Assembly (NCBI RefSeq): GCF_006345805.1 | Contig: NC_043006.1 | Span: 80,476,001-80,540,000, forward strand | Source: Octopus sinensis | Taxonomy: Eukaryota | DNA: 64,000 nucleotides | Direction: 5' to 3' | Shown: one piece after another, positions 23,940 to 36,300 of the stretch | How positions within the stretch are numbered: position 1 is the stretch's first letter | How the letters are laid out: each line of letters begins with the position of its first letter | Made by a program: the position numbers and the translations under genes | Notes under the pieces: model-generated | What the model was told of the DNA's origin: nothing | What the model saw: only the letters and a program-made list of their open reading frames with translations | Databases searched by the model: none

Positions 23940-25844
23940 TTATTTTGCTTCGTGAAATAATTTGCAGCATGCTTGTTTGAAATGACGTCTAACGGCTTTC
24001 GTTGATAAAAATGTAATACAAATTATTAAACCGACATAAGAATTTAATGTGACGCATATAGTGATTGCGTCATGCATATCGGCATAGCCAAATATTGGTA
24101 TAAAAATCCAAGTGAAACCCATAATAAGGCTTAGTTTAAAATAAATCATAAATCCTGTTTTCTTACGTAGTCCAAGATATTTTGATGAGCTTTTTCTAGC
24201 TAAATAAAGACATATGGCGGTAATGAAAAACATCAGCGTATTAATTGATAAAATTGTTATTATGGGAAATGCAAAAAGCCACTTGAAAATCAAGTCCTTA
24301 AGATAACAAAGAATATATTCACGCGGGGTTTTAGGAGAAATGTTCAGCGAAAATAGCAGTGCCACTATCACAATTGCAAGTGGAGTTATCCAAGCATATA
24401 AAGAATAGAAGATAAACCTCTTCCCTTGTTTTCCTGCAACTGGAAATTTTATAATTCCTGAGAACGTGTACAAGGCATCAAATGATATGACATTCATCCA
24501 GAGGACTGATGTTAGTATTAAATAATGCAACAATGGCTGTAATACAAAACACGGTATTCGAATGTTTCTAAAGCTGACGATGAAGAAAAGAAATTCGATT
24601 ACAAACATGGACAACAACAGTCCCATGATTAGTTTACCTGGTAATGTACGGAGTTCTGGTATACAGAGATATACTGTAATAGTTATGAATATTGCTACAA
24701 CGGAGGACAATAATCCGATATACATCAGAGAAAATAAAACCCCTATCTGCCCTCTTGTCTCATGATCATTTACACAGATACTTATGCCTTGAGGATCTCG
24801 ACTGAACTCTGACTTGTTTAGCCATGTCTGGGAAGAATTCAGATAGAGAAACCCATCACTAGTAAAATGATATTCCGATTCCTCTAGTCTTCTGGTTGTA
24901 CAATTTAACACGGAATTAAATTCAACTTGTCGGCATTCATTCTTTAGTTCATCATAAACAAATCCATGCGAACAAGGGGACAGTTTTTTAATATAGTTTT
25001 TTTCAGTAGATGCATATAATACTTCAACAGTGTTATTATTGTAATTAAATATTGTTTCGAAAGTATACACTTCGATTTCATATGTCATTTCTCTAGAGAC
25101 AGTTATGTTACATTCAGTATCATTAATATCAACACTGTTACAGATGGCGCAGTGAATATTTCTGAAATCAGTTCCATTTGATCTTACCATAGACATTGGT
25201 TCAAACATACAAGAAGACACTAAAGATGCATTGGTAACCTTTAGGGGACAGTTTGAAACATAATCTGTACAGGGATATTGGTAGTCTTTAAAGTTAAATG
25301 GAGCTTCAATCGATACATTACAATGATTATTTCTCAACATTTGAGAGAAGAGTGATAAATCTATATTCATCCTATGTTTACATTTGTAGTGAACTGTCCA
25401 CAATAGGTATTCTTCTCCATTACACAGAGCACAGAACAAATTCCTGTAAAGTCTTTTAGTTTTTTTTCCCAAAGCAGGTATGTTGTATAATCGGTCATTC
25501 TCGTCTGGTGTTTCACAGAAAGTAACGTGCTCTGTAACTGAATGGTCGTTTGGACAGCGGTCAAACAAAAAGTAACTGTCTGATTTATTATCGTTAATTT
25601 TTCTGCAGCTATAATCTGTTGACATTGTTCCATGTTCAATTATCGTTTCGCTGATCACGTCTGAACAGCATTCTTTATATAGATTACAATACTGATGACA
25701 AGAACATCTTTGATGCAAACTTTCAGCATCACAAGTTGAAGGAGAACATTCGAGATTTTCTACCAAACAATATGACTGTTTAATGATTTCGTTCGCAAAA
25801 GCAATAAAGAAAATCTGAAAGAGATTCCGGAAGTGGTGTACCAT
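23940..25844 (-). CDS. GPCR paralogue B, copy 1: intact single-exon CDS, 634 aa, class-B/Methuselah-like 7TM with somatomedin-B-like and Cys-rich ectodomain
   Basis: The first ATG is at 25844 (the ORF-track start at 25874 is TTG). Features: signal peptide; CSCHQYCNLYKECCSD; YRNLFCALCN and FRNIHCAICN; seven hydrophobic helices with LRTLPGKL, HYLILTSVLWMNVISFD, RFIFYSLYAW and YFKLSLIMGFTW; TAA at 23940-23942. Confidence 0.9.
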   Translation of the reverse strand: MVHHFRNLFQIFFIAFANEIIKQSYCLVENLECSPSTCDAESLHQRCSCHQYCNLYKECCSDVISETIIEHGTMSTDYSCRKINDNKSDSYFLFDRCPNDHSVTEHVTFCETPDENDRLYNIPALGKKTKRLYRNLFCALCNGEEYLLWTVHYKCKHRMNIDLSLFSQMLRNNHCNVSIEAPFNFKDYQYPCTDYVSNCPLKVTNASLVSSCMFEPMSMVRSNGTDFRNIHCAICNSVDINDTECNITVSREMTYEIEVYTFETIFNYNNNTVEVLYASTEKNYIKKLSPCSHGFVYDELKNECRQVEFNSVLNCTTRRLEESEYHFTSDGFLYLNSSQTWLNKSEFSRDPQGISICVNDHETRGQIGVLFSLMYIGLLSSVVAIFITITVYLCIPELRTLPGKLIMGLLLSMFVIEFLFFIVSFRNIRIPCFVLQPLLHYLILTSVLWMNVISFDALYTFSGIIKFPVAGKQGKRFIFYSLYAWITPLAIVIVALLFSLNISPKTPREYILCYLKDLIFKWLFAFPIITILSINTLMFFITAICLYLARKSSSKYLGLRKKTGFMIYFKLSLIMGFTWIFIPIFGYADMHDAITICVTLNSYVGLIICITFLSTKAVRRHFKQACCKLFHEAK

Positions 25845-25980
25845 GTTGAATATATTTTCAAATAATTTACACAACGAATTAACATTATATTTGATTTAAT
25901 GTCAGTCTATATTGAGACTATTTCTTCTTGAAATAGTAACAAGATATTCCATTGAATGAATCGTTTAATAACTGTTGCAT

Positions 25981-26000
25981 CTGTAAAAGATAAAAAAAAC
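25981..26000 (-). promoter_or_regulatory. Likely 3' splice acceptor of a 5'-UTR intron of paralogue B
   Basis: The minus strand reads gtttttttttatcttttacAG|atgcaac, 137 nt upstream of the ATG. Confidence 0.55.
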
Positions 26001-26742
26001 GAAAGCAACAAATAAACAAAGACCGTATTGAGATGATTTTACAAAGGAAGCAGTATAATAAGGAAGAAAACTTGATATCAACTAACATTATAACGGAATT
26101 TCGTAAATATACATACTAGGCAAGAACGCAAAAAACGTTTTATATATTTTAAACAAAATTCGTAAGGTAAAATTTGAAATTAAATAATTTCGTAATGGTA
26201 CAAATGACGTAAGTAGTAAATGTGGAAAACATTGGATGATTATGGTGACTTTAAATGGGATTTGTTTTTCGATTCTGTGGCTTCATCTCCGAGTTAGAAT
26301 ATTTGTTGTTTGTATTCTTTTGAATTCTCAGGCACGTCTCATATAAAATTACAGCGTAACGAGAGAAAACTCACCGTTACAAGTCCAGGACCCATATTTT
26401 TAAATTTCCAATGGATGTTCTCATATCATAACTAATAACGAGTTGAGAATTTGCAAAACAACTACACGTCAGTGAGAGTAGAATTTATAACCATAGATCC
26501 TTAAATATATATAAGAACGCTTGTCACAAAATTGTTCAATTCTGAAAACGGCAGCCTCAGAAGGAGCAAGTTCTGGAATATAAGGGAAGTGCGACAGCAA
26601 CAATAGCGATACCTTGGTCGTCGTTTCCACGTCGTTGGTAAGCAGCATACTCATTATTGTGCACCCTGTGAATACACTTTAAGCCCATTTTGAGTATGAC
26701 GAGATCGTTACGAATAATAATTCTGCACACACAGAGACACTA

Positions 26743-26815
<73 letters not shown>

Positions 26816-26817
26816 TG

Positions 26818-27107
26818 TGGTGGCGCAATGACCCATTGGTTAGGGCAGCGGACTTCCGGTCGCAGGATCGCGGTTTCGATTCCTAGACCGGGCATTGTGA
26901 GTGTTTATTGAGCGAAAACACCTAAAAGCTCCATGATGCTCCGCCAGGGAGTACTCTTTCAACACTCTTTCTCCCACTCTTTCTTCTGTTGGCCTGCTCG
27001 TTTAGCCATGGGGTGGCGTCATTCGAAGGCTAAAACAATGGTAATGCATCGTGACCAGCGATGTGTAACAACATCTGATGGTCTGGTCGGTCACGTGATC
27101 ACGTGAT
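26818..27107 (+). mobile_element. tRNA-derived SINE
   Basis: tRNA-like head with an A-box-like tgacccattggttagggc and B box ggtttcgattcc (26872-26883). A non-tRNA body follows and ends in ggtcacgtgatcacgtgat, inside TA/CA repeats. Confidence 0.8.
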
Positions 27108-27555
27108 ATACACACATATATACGCATATATATACATTTAAATATGTATATAGATTTGTTACGACGTCAATAAGTTTATATCTATATGACTAAAAATCAC
27201 ATCGTTTTTATGCTCAAGTAATAAGTAGAGGTTGTAAGTGTAGTGTGGATGATATACACGATTTCGCCTGACCACCACTAGCATAGCCGGAGTGTTTACA
27301 TCATTGTTAACAGTTAGAAAAAGCAGAAACAAACAAAAAAAGATAAGCAAGAAGCAACACACTTTTGCACATTCTTATCAGTGGAATCTTTGCCAAGTTG
27401 AATTAATTACCATAGCTTCAGATGAAGTTGTTCGCGTGTAAATAAGGCTCCATTGTTAAACAACAAATCTTACTCTGTTCAAGCAACTGAAACACAATAC
27501 ATATATTCATTTTCAAACGCGTTCACGCATACACGTAACCATATACACACACATA

Positions 27556-27613
<58 letters not shown>

Positions 27614-28559
27614 GGCGTGTGTATGATAAAATACATTCATAAATACACACATGTGGATATAGATATGTGTGTGTGCGTGTGTGTATTTGTTCGTGTATGT
27701 GCATTCACGCATGTGTGTGTGAGTGTAGTGTATTATTTTCTGTACCGCTTTACCTTAATATTTGAATATTTGATATTTGTCAGTTACATTTTCCTAGAAA
27801 CGGCTACAACTATTTCAGATACCGCGACCATGTATATTGTAATATTTTGCATTTTGCATTGCATCGTCTGCAGAAGGTCTGAACGTATAATTGTTTACTA
27901 GCACACCGGCGAATCATTTGTAAGCTGCAAATTCACGCCTATGCACCACAGAAATATACGGATAGTATACTTTGAAAACGGTGCTGAAATTTCATTTCAA
28001 AGCATTACATAAGAAAAAACATTTGAATACAAGAATTTATAAGGAACAGTTACCATTAAGTAAATAATATTTAATTTACCTGATAGAAAAAGTAATTGAT
28101 AACCTCATGAAGCTTTGAAAAGTCGGAGAATTAAGTGATTCCAAGAGTAAAATCTGTTAATTTTGCTGATTTGTGTATTCTATATATTTCAGTTCTTGCT
28201 AAATACTTCTGACGGCTGCTGCAGTAATGGTTGTTTTTATAAGTTTTCCAGTTTCGGTATTTGCAAAATGAAGAAAACGGAAAATATATTTCAACCAATT
28301 GAGGTGCGTTACGTCATTAAAGGTTGTTAGATAGTATTTTCTTTTACATTATTTATATTATTCCATTTTGCACGTTAATTATTAACAATTTGGTATGATT
28401 ATCCCATATGTCACAAAATATTTGTTGTAAAATGATATTACTAGCAAGGGATAATTAGTTATGCTAATAGCTATACCAATTATCAAATGTACGACATAAA
28501 ATATTTTATTGCTCCACAAAGTTTTGCAGTATCTCGATAGCGCTTCTTTGGAGGTTCTG

Positions 28560-29720
28560 GTTCAATTCCAGTAATATATTGTTTAATCCGAATTTAGCAT
28601 AATTTTTTTTTTTAAGTTAATAAATTTCCAGATGTTGGGGTGATGAGACCCAACTTGAGTTTTGAATGCTCGGTGCTATTCTTCGATGAAGTTATGTGTT
28701 TTGGTGAAATCGTCTAGAACTCTTAAATAAATATTCCACATATTTAGTGGGAAGAGAAGTGTGCGTCACACATCCCTTCTTTTAGACCTTGCAATCCACG
28801 TATCCTCGAAATAATCAATGATTGTTTGCGCTTCATCCTAGAAGGTGTTGTTATCAAATAATAACTCATATGTTCTTTTTGCCCTACCTGCTGGGACAAA
28901 TGTTAATGCTGGTAACATCCTCATCACTAAAGCAAAATTAGGGTCTATTTCATATTTTCGTTTTAAACAATTACTTTGAATTACAGGAAAGATAGATTGG
29001 CTGAAGAGGAAAAAGCAAACGTTTTGTTCTGCACAAGGAAATTCTTTCAAAAATGCTTTCATCATCGCTTTCTCAAAAGCGATCGTTATTGACAATGGTG
29101 CACATGTTGGTTCAAGATTTTTTATCTCCTGCAAAAACGTTATATATGTTTCTTCTGTCTTGTCCGGCAATAACAAAAACACGAACGGCAGCAAAGCTTT
29201 CCCTTTTAATCCATGTAGGGTATATAACTGGTGAAACACTGTACATTAAGCCGCAAATATTACAATACGCTTTTCGACTGGTCCTGAGTCATAAAGTAGA
29301 AATTGAACACCTTTAAAAGATTTAGTAATTTCAGGTGGGAATAATATTTTACTGCAAGTTGGTGGTAAGGCCGGTCCAATAAGTGTTTGTTGCCTTATAG
29401 ATCTTATTGTTCTTTTACTACTTAGCATTTTTGGTAGTTTGCAGGCAACAACTTGATCGCAATCATCCAGAACAGTAGATAAGACTGAACGGGGCGCATG
29501 TTATGTTGATTTGGCCAGTTAAATTATCTTTGAAATGGCGTCTTTTGTTGCAATGTCAGCGGCGCCCGATATACGATTATGGTCGTTGGAAGACTTCACC
29601 ATTTCATCCTATACAGTAAATAATTACTGTAAAGGCATTATGTTGTTGGATATTTTTCGCACTTCCAATAAACATGTTCCCCATGTTCATAGTATGTCCA
29701 TTATCACCCAACTTGTAACG
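28560..29720 (-). mobile_element. Mutator-like (MULE) transposon with FLYWCH-like N-terminal remnant, decayed
   Basis: The minus strand gives YWKCEKY (FLYWCH-like), FHQLYTLHG..LLPFVFLLLPDKTEETY..FEKAMMKAFLKEFP..CFFLFSQSIF..LPALTFVP, and a C-terminal HRAFKTQVGSHHPNIWKFI. Confidence 0.88.
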
Positions 29721-29878
29721 CCTTTTTTCTGATTCAGTAAATGCAGCAGTCGTCTTTAGTTATGTGTGTTTTCCCTGTGAATAATTCCAAATAACAAATA
29801 TTTTATTACGAAAATATTTTTCTTAGTAAACAGCCATTTTTATTCCACTTAATAGTAAACATCTAGTTTTATTTGATA

Positions 29879-29911
29879 CTAGCAGTATTGCTCGGCGTTG
29901 CTCGGGTTTGT
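29879..29911 (-). mobile_element. Helitron-type 3' terminus, unit 2 copy
   Basis: Same sequence as 143-175. Confidence 0.55.
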
Positions 29912-31233
29912 TTTCTCTTCGACCCTTTAGAATTGGAATTTTTGAAAAGTAAACCTTTTGCTTTATACAGCTTGTTACGTGAAAGTTTTCCCGGTTGAAA
30001 TAGACCAAAAATAGCAACACAGCAGTGGAAAATGGTAAAAATACGGATTATCATAGAAAAAACAACTTTTGAAGTAAATAATTGTTGGTCTTAACATGGT
30101 CCCATTTGAATTTTCCCTTTTACGAAATGAAGAGCAAGCCTTCTTCTATGATACTCTCTGTTAGTGGTATAACCCAGTAGTAGTACTGTCTGTGGAATCA
30201 TCTTTAATGGTCAAGTGACTTAAAAGTGACCTGTTGCTACATGTCTACATTCAAGAACTGAAGTTTTTGGTTAATACCCATATTTGGCTAAATAGTGGTT
30301 ACGTTTTTGGTCCCCACTAGATCACAAAAACAAAATACTTTTTATATTGTTTCCACGTACAAGTATTTTATCTCTTTATATTTTTATATATAATTTTACA
30401 TATATGTTTTACATGTATTTATATATATTTTTATATATTTTTATTGTTTTATATATTCTTACATATTCTTTCAGTATTTTACCTTTCATTCTGCATTTTT
30501 GTCTATTTGTGTATATAGAAGTGTATATGAACATATTTGTGCGTGTATGAGTATATACGTGTGTGCGTGCGTGTGTGCGAGTATGTATATGTGTACATGC
30601 GTATGGTTGCATATATATATATATGGGTATACATCCATTATTTTCACACGAGTGTGAGTGAGAATATGAACATATAACATGTGCGTAATTAGATGTATAT
30701 ATCAATATAATTGTGCGAGTATTGGTATGTGCACGCGTGTGCGTGTGTGCGGATATGTATATGTGTACACGTGTATTGTTGCATATATATGTGCACATAT
30801 AGATGTGTGTTTGAGTGTGCTTGAACGTGTTTCACGCACGTGTTGGTGTGCTTATGCATAGCGGCACGTGTACGTGTTTGTGCGTGCGGACATGTGTATG
30901 TATATACATGCGCTCATACGCGAATTCTATGATCCTTTTTACTTTTTTACCTCCTCCCCTTCGCGTTTGTTCCCTTTATTTAACAGTCATTATAATAGCT
31001 CTTTTGTTTGACTTAATAACGGTCATAGTAATTTCCATTTCTTTAACGGTCATTTACATAGAATATTTTGATTGTCTCAATAACTGACGAGATGCCAGAG
31101 CAGTTTCCACACCGATATACGAAACGTGGAGTTTAGTTATGGCAACCGATTAATTGTCATATATTATATTACTGATAAATTCCTCCATTTACATAATATT
31201 GTGGTTTCATTCATTTTATTGTTGTCATACCAT

Positions 31234-31267
<34 letters not shown>

Positions 31268-32001
31268 GCCTACATATACATACATATATCTAGTAATATC
31301 TAAAATATATTGTGCGCGTATTCGCTTTTCGCGCGGAACCGGATTCAACAATTGCTTTCATACATGTGATGCATGAATAATTCGACATCGGTCAAATGAT
31401 CGGCTGTTCATTCGACTGTTTTTTATTAGAAATTATTAAAAAAACTATTGCTTTGAAAGATTTTTAAATGTTTACTTCCGGTTTTCTAGCGTTTGTGACG
31501 TAACATATCTCTTTATGTATCTCTCTCTATCCATTTGTTTCTAATTATTTCTAACTCTCTATAACATATTTCTCTATTTATATCTCTTGTTTTCACTTTC
31601 ATATTTCAGACGATATTTACAATTTCAATTTTCATACGACATTTTTTAACTTCCATGTTATTATTTTCACTGTAGGTCTAAGTTTTCAAGTACAATTTCC
31701 CGCCGCCACGCCAATTTGATTGATCATAACTTTCAGAAAAAAGGATATTTTGCAATAAACCTTTCTACAAATATGTGTAATGTCATACAGATTTCGAAAA
31801 TATAAAATTTTGTGGGTAGGAGTTTTAGGAGGGAGTAGGGATTTTCTGAAAGTTCCACTTCAATTCGTTTAAACTTTCAAGAAAATTAATATTATTTAAT
31901 GAAAGTCTCTACAAATTTATCTCGGACTATGTAGAAGACATAGGAAGTTTTGGAGAAAACAATTGGGGGTTACATTTGAGAACTGTTCCCCACTCAGAAG
32001 T

Positions 32002-32591
32002 GTTATGTGTTTTGGTGAAATCGTCTAGAACTCTTAAATAAATATTCCACATATTTAGTGGGAAGGAAGTGTGCGTCACACATCCCTTCTTTTAGACCTT
32101 GCAATCCACGTATCCTCGAAATAATCAATGATTGTTTGCGCTTCATCCTAGAAGGTGTTGTTATCAAATAATAACTCATATGCTCTTTTTGCCCTACCTG
32201 CTGGGACAAATGTTAATGCTGGTAACATCCTCATCACTAAAGCAAAATTAGGGTCTATTTCATATTTTCGTTTTAAACAATTACTTTGAATTACAGGAAA
32301 GATAGATTGGCTGAAGAGGAAAAAGCAAACGTTTTGTTCTGCACAAGGAAATTCTTTCAAAAATGCTTTCATCATCGCTTTCTCAAAAGCGATCGTTATT
32401 GACAATGGTGCACATGTTGGTTCAAGATTTTTTATCTCCTGCAAAAACGTTATATATGTTTCTTCTGTTTTGTCCGGCAATAACAAAAACACGAACGGCA
32501 GCAAAGCTTTCCATTTTAATCCATGTAGGGTATATAACTGGTGAAACACTGTACATTAAGCCGCAAATATCACAATACGCTTTTCGACTGG
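32002..32591 (-). mobile_element. Internal MULE transposase fragment inserted between 62-bp direct repeats (unit 2 only)
   Basis: Near-identical to 28691-29281. The flanks 31943-32004 and 32590-32651 are the same 62 bp. The insertion is absent from units 1 and 3. Confidence 0.92.
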
Positions 32592-32944
32592 AAGTTTTGG
32601 AGAAAACAATTGGGGGTTACATTTGAGAACTGTTCCCCACTCAGAAGTGTTTCGTAACATGTTGTCCATATTTGTTTCATTTTCTCCGTTTTTTGCGTTT
32701 GTGCATCCCTAGAGTTCTACTGAAGCAACAAACAGGCAATGAAGGCAGATGACGCCCTCCCCAGAAAACTCGTTATGCTAAAAATAACATCTAAAGGTCT
32801 GGTCCACAGAAATATGCTATTAAGATGAATTCTGTATCGCGTACGATTTCTTTTCACTTAAAATACATTCCCAGGCAAACATTTCTAATAGAAAGGCAGA
32901 AGACACTCGCAGCAAAAATAAGGAATATACACGCTTGACAGGAG

Positions 32945-33143
32945 TCAAACAAAGTAACTAATTTATCATCGTTAATTGTCCTGCAGTTATAATCTGTTGA
33001 TGATATTCCATGTTCAATTATAGTCTCGCTGATCACATCTGAACAACATTCATTATATAGATAACAATATTGATGACAAAAAAGTGTGCAAACTTTCTAC
33101 ATCGCTTTCAATTTTGTAATATATTCTGGAAATAATGTAGCAT
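32945..33143 (-). pseudogene. GPCR paralogue C, 5' fragment, copy 2
   Basis: Homologous to 2537-2742. The ORF track shows MISETIIEHGISSTDYNCRTINDDKL. Confidence 0.85.
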
Positions 33144-33215
33144 CCTAAATATTAGTGTTACATTTTATGCAGCAACCTATATTTCAAAAGTATTTATGTC
33201 TCGATCGATTTGCCT

Positions 33216-33302
33216 AGTACTTATCCTATCGGTCCCGTTTGCTGAACCGCTAGGTTACAAGGACGTAAACACACCAAAATCGGTTGTCAAGAGATGTTGG
33301 GG
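33216..33302 (-). mobile_element. SINE body fragment, unit 2 copy
   Basis: Same sequence as 2815-2901. Confidence 0.5.
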
Positions 33303-36300
33303 AACATAACACACATATAATGAATGTCATGGTTGTGTGGATCAACACAAACACACGTTTGCTATCTCTGACATATACACACACATAGTCTTCGTTCTAT
33401 CTCTCTTTATCATACTCTAAGAAAAAGGTCCACTTTTTGACGCAGACACACACACACACAATTTTGTAAGAAAATTATTCTCCTTCAAATAACCAAGAAG
33501 TAATTTTGTCTCTATTCTTCATTACAGAAAACATCAATGTATTCATACTCACAATTTTCTTCAGATATTAAATTGATTACTATTGTTTGGATAGTAATAA
33601 TTAAAAAAGTCCAGAAGTTAAGTTAAATATATAAACATGCATAAGTATCATGAATTCTCATGCTACAAATGGCAGATAATTTCGTGAGTACTTTACCGGG
33701 CTACGCTGGGTAGTAATCTAGTATGCTTTATAGGGAGGTTGGTGTAAAATGAAGGTGATTTAGCAGTTAGTTTTAGCAGGTCAAAGCACCAAATTGTGGA
33801 TCCCAGTGTTGCTTTGACTCCATCTTTTGTTCAGTGAATCGAGTTTGAGCTTCAAATATGTTCAGATTATTTATCTTAATATTGATTCATTATAAACATT
33901 ATGATTTGTACAATTATCAATAATATTTACTTAAGTAACTTACAATTAATGTTCTGCTATCCAACGTTTATTTTACAGTCATTCAGTCTACTATATGTTT
34001 GTGTTTGATTACTGTTTATGTGAAATATTGTGGGAAAATGATAGAGGGAAGTTGGGAGAGAAACAGTTGCAATCATCGTGGCTTGCATTCGCCCGCAAAG
34101 GAGTAGAGGTTGCCTAAATTTACTGGAGAATCGTGGATAGATGATGGGATCAACAATGGATAGACAGATCCGAGCGCTTTCGTTTGCTTGGCCAATAATG
34201 AGCAAAATTCATATAGACACTGCACCATCCACACTGAAACATTGAATGTAAGGTTTAACGTTGCATATGTGGAGGTAAAATATCTAAACGTATAACTCGT
34301 CAAAATTACCGTCTTGCTGTCTCAGACGAATTACATCTTGTAGAGGTACCTATTTATATATATTTTGTACGGAATTGTTTAGTCATGTGAAAAATTTAAA
34401 TCAGATTAAAAACACTTTGTCAGAGATCTCCTGATACCTGTTAACCATCTATTCGGCGCGAGAGTAAATGAATGAAATATGACATTGACTTCGAAATGTA
34501 TACTTTTCATTTCGTGAGGTTGTAAATTCTAGAGCTTCGAAGAAAAATCATTGAGGTATTTTCCCCGAGACTACGTTTCCAGTCGAAGTCAATATAACTT
34601 TAATCCCTTTGGATCCAATTATCTGCTTCCCTGAAAATTCCGGATATTGTGCCTATATTAAACCCATTCTGTTACTTTTTCATAGTTTTCTCTCAACAAA
34701 TGTATAAAAAGTCTATCGGTTGAAGTACTGATGTTTTGTGTTGCATCATAACTTTTCATAGCGTTGAAATGGTTCGGTTTACTTTGCTAATTCTCCGATA
34801 AATTAGCCGTAAGCTGGCGAGAAATATTAGCTTACCATAACGAGATTCAGTGTTATTGTGTAACTGAATGAGTTTTTAGTTGTTTTGTAAACATATTAGA
34901 GTAGGACTGGCTGGTTTAGTGTATTCTTAATCAGTAAATGAAGACGAATTTTTTATATATTTCGGCCGACAATAAAGCCACTGTTTTTCGGATGTTAGAA
35001 ATACCACCACCATCATCAACATGAATACCACCACTACCACCACCATCACCACCATGAAGTCAACGGATTTAGGTAGTCTATTACTACCAACTAAGTTTCC
35101 TCTTTCTTACTGCACTTCAATTAGTAGTATGATATCCATCTGCAATAGGTCAGCTGTACCTCTGATTTCCTTTTCTATCCAAGGTCTTGATTTTTGTCAT
35201 GCGGCCTGTCCGAATATGCAAGAATAAAGACAAAACATAAACCCTCTTCATCAAGTAACCTCGGTGGGGTCGCAGGTTAAGATTGTATTACATTGTATTA
35301 CGACTACCAGAAGATTTAGTCTTGACATACCTCAATTCAATGACGATTTTATTCTCTTTTCTCAGGGGATTCGTACATAAAGTAGAAACTATACACTTTC
35401 ATTTAGTGATTTTTCACCATATCTGACATCACCAGGTGGAATAGATCAGCATGTAGAGATGTGGTTGCCTTTTCAATGACTCAGTTCCAGGATCCTTGTT
35501 CAATGAGAGAGAGAAAGAGAGAGAGAGAGAGTGAGAGAGAGAGAGAGAGTGAGTGTGTGTGTGTATGAGTATGTGTGTCTGTTGAGTGTGAGGGAGAGAG
35601 AAAGGGAAGAGTGTGACTGTGAATGTATACTTGCACGAGAATGAGAGAGGGAGAGGGAGAGTGAGATGATTTTAGCGCATAAACAGTGGGGTTATTTCAC
35701 TGAATCTTTCCGGTTATATCACTCATTCTCATAACCTTCATCGTTAAAATAGATCCATCAAACATATTCAATGACATATTTTTTTACTGTATTTCTTTTG
35801 TTAGAGTTAAGAATTAATTCGAAATTTTTCTTTTTTTACCATTCAAGATGCGTTTTGCTAATAATTCGTGACTGCTTTCCGTTCCATAAATTTCATGCAG
35901 TAATTGATCTACCTATATTGGCCCCTCCACCCGATGGAGAAAGGCTCTGGCCACAGGAAGAGAGGTGGGTCATTATCGGGTGCGAAGCAGCGGTGAAAGT
36001 CGTGCGCTTTGACAGGCGCCGACGCAGCCAATGCGCAAAGCATTGATTCATAGGGACTGAACATTCTAGTAACATCAACCGCACTTCAAAGACTTACACT
36101 TCAGAAACTCAGAGGAGATATCAACAGCGATTAAAAATATCTTCACTCATTAATTATTAAGGAAAAAATCACATTGTCTATAATACATAGTACATAAGAT
36201 TACTATGTGGATTTCTCATTTTTGGACTGAATACAGACCTTAGTCCGGAGATGTACTCGCATGGCAAAAAATTTAATTGAAACTGTACGTTGAAGCTAAA

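Larger units (their letters stand above)
1..29721 (+). repeat. Tandem segmental repeat, unit 1 (~29.7 kb; left boundary set arbitrarily at window start)
   Basis: Position 1 (cttttttctgattcagtaaatgca) recurs at 29722 and 61205. The ORF track repeats in the same order: LINE at 9527/40305, GPCR A at 21189/52470, GPCR B at 23940/55221. Confidence 0.95.

Noticed and set aside
23940-25844. Calling B an adhesion GPCR
   Set aside because: No GPS/GAIN cleavage motif (CxCxHLTxF) precedes TM1; the motifs fit Methuselah-like class B better.
25845-25874. ORF-track N-terminus MCKLFENIFN as part of B
   Set aside because: The first codon is TTG. The ATG at 25844 aligns with the starts of A and C and opens the signal peptide.
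26818-26890. Functional tRNA gene
   Set aside because: It has A/B boxes but no clean cloverleaf or acceptor-stem pairing, and it runs into a SINE body and tail.
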